From Polyangiaceae bacterium (GTDB lineage: Bacteria; Myxococcota_A; Polyangia; Polyangiales; Polyangiaceae): a stretch of DNA of 64,000 nucleotides. Shown here in pieces: positions 60,087 to 64,000 of the stretch. The DNA lies in the NCBI GenBank assembly GCA_965222375.1, contig CBDCTZ010000012.1, forward strand, positions 96,001-160,000, written 5' to 3'. A program made the position numbers and the translations under genes. A model generated the notes under the pieces. It saw only the letters and a list, made by a program, of their open reading frames with translations. It was not told where the DNA came from and did no database searches. Every line of letters begins with the position of its first letter. Within the stretch, counting starts at the first letter, position 1.

Positions 60087-60950
60087 ATGACTGACGAGAC
60101 TTCAGAACTGCGCGCGTTGACCCAGGCGCTGCGTGCTCACATCGAGTGGCAGGCCGCCACCGGCGCTACAGGCGTGAAGCCGGCGAGCCCCGAACTACGC
60201 GCCGAGCGTGGAGCGGTTGCCCCGCCCGCACTGCCTGCCGAGGACCCGGTCTCGGCGCAGCCTGTCGCGTCGAGTCGACCCGGCGGGCAGACCCAGCAAG
60301 CGCCGCGCAAACAGGCACCCGCCCCGCCTGCCGCCGTACCCCCGGAAGCCCGAGTGCTCGCTCCCGAGGAACGCGTCGCGGCCCTTTCGGTCATTCAGGC
60401 CGAGGTCGAGGCTTGCGAAGCTTGCGGACTGCACACCTTGCGAGCGAACACGGTGTTCGCTCGCGGCAACGGCAGCGTCGGCGTGTGCTTTGTAGGCGAG
60501 GGACCAGGTGCGGAAGAAGACGCACAAGGACTACCCTTCGTCGGCAAGGCGGGCCAGCTTCTGGACAAGATGATTGCCGCGATGGGCTTGGATCGCAACG
60601 AGGTCTACGTCGCCAACATCGTCAAGTGCCGCCCGCCAAAGAACCGCAAGCCCGAGCCTGACGAGATGCAAGCCTGTCGCGGCTACCTGGAGCGCCAACT
60701 GGACATCCTGCAGCCCGCCGTGATCGTGGCGCTGGGCGCCACGGCCGTGCAAGGTTTGCTCGGTACCTCTCAGGGCATCACTCGGCTGCGAGGAAACTGG
60801 AAGTTATATCAGGGACGTACTGCGGTGATGCCCACGTTCCACCCCGCCTACTTGCTGCGCAACCCGCGTGCGAAGCGGGACGTCTGGGAAGATCTCAAAG
60901 CGGTGCTCAGACACATGGGTCGCCCGCTTCCGGAAAAGAAGTCGTCTTGA
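60087..60950 (+). CDS. Uracil-DNA glycosylase family 4 (Fe-S)
   Basis: CEACGL, GEGPG, PFVG, KCRPP.NR, HPAYLLR. Confidence 0.95.
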   Translation: MTDETSELRALTQALRAHIEWQAATGATGVKPASPELRAERGAVAPPALPAEDPVSAQPVASSRPGGQTQQAPRKQAPAPPAAVPPEARVLAPEERVAALSVIQAEVEACEACGLHTLRANTVFARGNGSVGVCFVGEGPGAEEDAQGLPFVGKAGQLLDKMIAAMGLDRNEVYVANIVKCRPPKNRKPEPDEMQACRGYLERQLDILQPAVIVALGATAVQGLLGTSQGITRLRGNWKLYQGRTAVMPTFHPAYLLRNPRAKRDVWEDLKAVLRHMGRPLPEKKSS

Positions 60951-61546
60951 AGGAGAGCGCGGGTTCGGGCGCGAGCGAGACCGCGGGCGTGGGCATGGGC
61001 GCGGGCGGGAGCGAGAGCGTGGGGGCGAGCGAGAGCGAGGGCGCAGGCGTGGATGCGAGTACGGGCACGAGTACGAGCACGATTCTGGGGTGGGTGGTGC
61101 GGGGGCTGCTGGTCTTGGTGGGGATCGGGCCGTTTCTGCCAGGGCTCACCCAGGGCGCGCCGGGGCTCTCGCTGATTGGTGACGGGTTTGCGGTGTGGTT
61201 CGACTTTCAGTGTCATCGCGAGCCCGAGCGCAGCTTGAGCTTGCTCGGACAAGTCTTGCCCGTGTGTTCGCGTTGTTTTGGGATCTACCTCGGTCTAGGG
61301 CTCGGAGCGCTCATCATGCGCCCGCGGCTCGGCCTGTGGCCGCTACGGATCTGGGTGGGAACTGCGGCGCTAGTGATGGTGCTCGATGTCGCGACGGAGC
61401 TCTTGGGTATGCGTCCAGAATGGGCGCCCCTGCGGCTGATCACAGGGCTCTTGCTAGCCTACCCGGTGGGCGCAGCTGTCGTACGTGCTGCTCGTGGCGA
61501 GAGCCTCGAAGCGGCGGAGCCCGCGGTTCAGAGCCCGAAGACGTAG
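60947..61546 (+). CDS. DUF2085-like membrane protein (start uncertain)
   Basis: CHREPERS..PVCSRCFGIYLG; several TM helices. Confidence 0.78.
   Translation: MKESAGSGASETAGVGMGAGGSESVGASESEGAGVDASTGTSTSTILGWVVRGLLVLVGIGPFLPGLTQGAPGLSLIGDGFAVWFDFQCHREPERSLSLLGQVLPVCSRCFGIYLGLGLGALIMRPRLGLWPLRIWVGTAALVMVLDVATELLGMRPEWAPLRLITGLLLAYPVGAAVVRAARGESLEAAEPAVQSPKT
60951..61083 (+). repeat. Hexamer tandem tract (GCGAGC/GCGGGC, then GAGTAC/GAGCAC)
   Basis: 6-nt periodicity; the tail is the reverse complement of the TCGTAC/TCGTGC units at 4341-4363. Confidence 0.75.
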
Positions 61547-63285
61547 CCGAGACTGGGCTGAATCACCTGGCCCGTGGTCGGCAGCATGAACATGATGTTC
61601 ACGTTGAGCTGCAGACCGCTGTTCGGTGACAGGGCGTACATCGCGCCGCCGCCTACGGTGACGAAGCTCTGGCCGAGCTTCTTGTAGGCGTCGAGCTCAA
61701 GGGGGGCACCCTGGGCAGCGCCGCGAGAACAAGCTTCGTACTTCACAGACGTGAGATCTGGGTTCTTCTGGCCGTCGGCGCAGTCGCGCACGGTGACGGG
61801 GAGTTTCGCGTCGACCTGGGCCACGCCGCCGCCGACGTGGATGTACGGACGTAGCCCCGTCTTGACGAAAGGTTCCTTGCCGAACCAGTAGCTGCCACGC
61901 AGTTCACCGTGGATGGGTAGGAACTTCACGTCCTTGTTGGCGCCCGCGGCTGGGCCACCGCCAATGGCGAAGCCGGCACGCGCGCCGATGGCGATGTTCT
62001 TGGTGAACACGCGGTCGAAGGAGAGCATGAAGCGCGTGGTGGCTGGGGCGATGCCGGTGCTGATCTTGTTGGCGACGCCCGGTTGGGGATTGAAGAGGTA
62101 TTGATCCTCGGTGCCTTTGTAGAAGCAGGCGAAGCCCTCGTTGTTCTGGCTGGCTTGGGAACACACGTCCGAGCCGCCGACGATGGCCAGGTCTTGCGCG
62201 ACGTGGAGGCCGAACCAGTTCTTCTTCCAGGGGCCGCTGGGCCCGCCGTCCTCGTCGCCTGCGCACACGCCGGCGTCACACTCGCCAGAGGGGCAATCCT
62301 CGTCGACGTCGCAACTCTGCGCCGTCTCACAGGTGCCATTGAGGCAGGCCAGACCGGACTGACACTCGCTGGTCGCAGCACAACTGGAACCCCAAGCTTT
62401 GTTGCCTCGCCCGACACCGCTCTTGCAGCCCGGGAAGTCCGGCGGACATTCAACTGCGTCTTCACAGCGCTTCGGCGGATCCTTGTCCGGATAGGCCGGC
62501 GGTTCCTTGTCCGTCTTGCCCACGATATCGATGTTCACCGGCTTGCTCTTGCTGCCGAAGCTGTCAATGACGTCGCCCGCCGCGTCTTGGGCGCGAATGT
62601 AGATGCGCAATTTGCCGGCCAGCATCGTGGCGGAGCAGGGGACTTCGCCTTGGAAGAAGTCACCACGCTTCTTCATCTTCACGGTCTTCCACTTCTCCCC
62701 GCCGAATTCCTTGTAGCGGAGTTCGGCTTTGACCGCGTCTTCCTCGGTGGTGCAGGTGAGAGGGATGGGGCGCCGACTCTCGACTTCCGTCAGCTCGGGC
62801 TGACAGTCCATTTCGCCAACCACATCGGCCGTCCCAGTGGGCTTCTTGCCGCCAGTTCCACCGCCACTGCCGCCGGCGGCGGTGGTGCCGCCAGTGCCCG
62901 CAGAGGACCCGGCCACCGCGGCGAAGGCCTTCTTGGTGTCGGCGGTTGCCAGGGCATCATCCAATTTGACGTTGGCATCCGCCGCGACGGCCTTCTTGAA
63001 CGCTTCCGTGGCGCCTGCGGCGTCGTTCTTGCCGCTGCCGCGCACGATGCCGACATACATCCAGGCTCGCGCGATCACGCTTCCACTGCATTTATCGCCG
63101 CAGGCTTTGATGGTCCCGGTCAAGACGGCTTCAGCCTTGTCGAAGTCTGTGGCGAGGTAGTGGACGTTGATGGCCTCGTCGACTTTCTTGTTGGCGGCCG
63201 CGTCACGCGGGGCGGCGCTGGCAGACGCACCAAGCAAGAGGACGAGAGCGAGGCAAAGGATAAAGCTCAGACGGCGGCGTTGCAC
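61528..63285 (-). CDS. Secreted hypothetical protein: TPR-like N-terminus, Cys-rich middle, probable C-terminal beta-barrel
   Basis: Signal peptide; helical N-terminus; CPPDFPGC..C.SG..C; amphipathic strands ending GYVFGL. Confidence 0.78.
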   Translation of the reverse strand: MQRRRLSFILCLALVLLLGASASAAPRDAAANKKVDEAINVHYLATDFDKAEAVLTGTIKACGDKCSGSVIARAWMYVGIVRGSGKNDAAGATEAFKKAVAADANVKLDDALATADTKKAFAAVAGSSAGTGGTTAAGGSGGGTGGKKPTGTADVVGEMDCQPELTEVESRRPIPLTCTTEEDAVKAELRYKEFGGEKWKTVKMKKRGDFFQGEVPCSATMLAGKLRIYIRAQDAAGDVIDSFGSKSKPVNIDIVGKTDKEPPAYPDKDPPKRCEDAVECPPDFPGCKSGVGRGNKAWGSSCAATSECQSGLACLNGTCETAQSCDVDEDCPSGECDAGVCAGDEDGGPSGPWKKNWFGLHVAQDLAIVGGSDVCSQASQNNEGFACFYKGTEDQYLFNPQPGVANKISTGIAPATTRFMLSFDRVFTKNIAIGARAGFAIGGGPAAGANKDVKFLPIHGELRGSYWFGKEPFVKTGLRPYIHVGGGVAQVDAKLPVTVRDCADGQKNPDLTSVKYEACSRGAAQGAPLELDAYKKLGQSFVTVGGGAMYALSPNSGLQLNVNIMFMLPTTGQVIQPSLGYVFGL

Positions 63286-63366
63286 GGATCGGGTTCTCCA
63301 AGAAGCGTGAGGCAGAGGGTGGGTCGTTGGGACGGTGACCGCGGCAGAGCGTGCCGCGGAGCAGCG

Positions 63367-63999
63367 TCACTTCTTGCCGGAGGTCGGGGGGCAGCCGGGC
63401 TTCGAGCCTTCGGTGCGTACGAACTGCACGCGCCGGTTCAGCGCCATGTTTTGTGGTGAGGTGTTTGGAACGAGGGGGCGGTCGAAGCCGTAGCCCTTCG
63501 AGGTGAGACGGCCCGCCGATACTCCGTGAGACACCAAGTACTTCATGACGGAACCCGCGCGGCGGTCGGATAGACGTTTGTTGTAACGGGCGCTGCCACG
63601 GTTGTCCGTGTGGCCTTGAACCTCGATCTTGATCGCCGGGAGCTTCTCCAGCACCTCGACCACGGCGTCGAGCACCGGGTAGCTCTCTCGGCGAATCCTG
63701 GCCTTGTTGTAGGCGAAGTGGATCTGCTGGGTGATCTTGACCTCGCAGTCCGTGACCACCACCAGCGCAGGCTTCGTCGGGCAGCCGAGGGGCTGCTTGG
63801 TGGACGAGCCGATCTCGTTCGGACACTGATCCTTGAGGTCGGGCACCTTGTCTTGGTCGTTGTCCAGGTCGGGACAACCATCGTCGTCCTCGTAGCCGTC
63901 TGGATCTTCCGGCTTCAGGGGACACTTGTCTTTCACGTCCAGGATCGTGTCCAGGTCGTTGTCGATGTCCGGGCAACCGTCGTCGTCGAGATAGCCGTC
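63367..63999 (-). CDS. OmpA-family protein with thrombospondin type-3 repeats, 5'-truncated by the window edge
   Basis: DG..D.DGCPD.DND.D repeats; IEVQGHTD, N..LS.RRA, NRRVQF. Confidence 0.93.
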   Translation of the reverse strand, partial: DGYLDDDGCPDIDNDLDTILDVKDKCPLKPEDPDGYEDDDGCPDLDNDQDKVPDLKDQCPNEIGSSTKQPLGCPTKPALVVVTDCEVKITQQIHFAYNKARIRRESYPVLDAVVEVLEKLPAIKIEVQGHTDNRGSARYNKRLSDRRAGSVMKYLVSHGVSAGRLTSKGYGFDRPLVPNTSPQNMALNRRVQFVRTEGSKPGCPPTSGKK

Positions 64000-64000
64000 C

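Overview
GC-rich chromosomal window, probably from a Myxococcota (Polyangiales-like) bacterium; this is inferred from the MXAN_5187-family gene, a kinase/sigma54 fusion and many Cys-rich lipoproteins. Most of it is ordinary gene content: an hcrCAB-like molybdenum hydroxylase operon with a MocA-like gene, aqpZ, tdh-kbl, lepB, gpsA, cystathionine beta-synthase, two sigma54 activators, two trypsin-like serine proteases, a PilB/GspE ATPase, trxB, a family-4 UDG, a FadL-like and an OmpA-like protein, and a probable 6S RNA. The unusual part is a repeat-associated family of small four-helix-bundle (TIGR02436/bAvd-like) genes, with no reverse transcriptase or rRNA gene in the window. Two intact copies lie at 6.3-7.1 kb and a pseudogene at 58.5-58.9 kb. 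They are associated with hexamer tandem-repeat tracts, covarying hairpins that bury the Shine-Dalgarno, and two copies of a covarying Y-shaped hairpin. An IS4/IS50-like element has inserted into one hexamer tract, and the pseudogene carries two near-identical ~26-nt micro-insertions. Also present are an IS91-like transposase remnant and an orphan PglZ-domain protein. All family assignments come from motif recognition; no database search was run.
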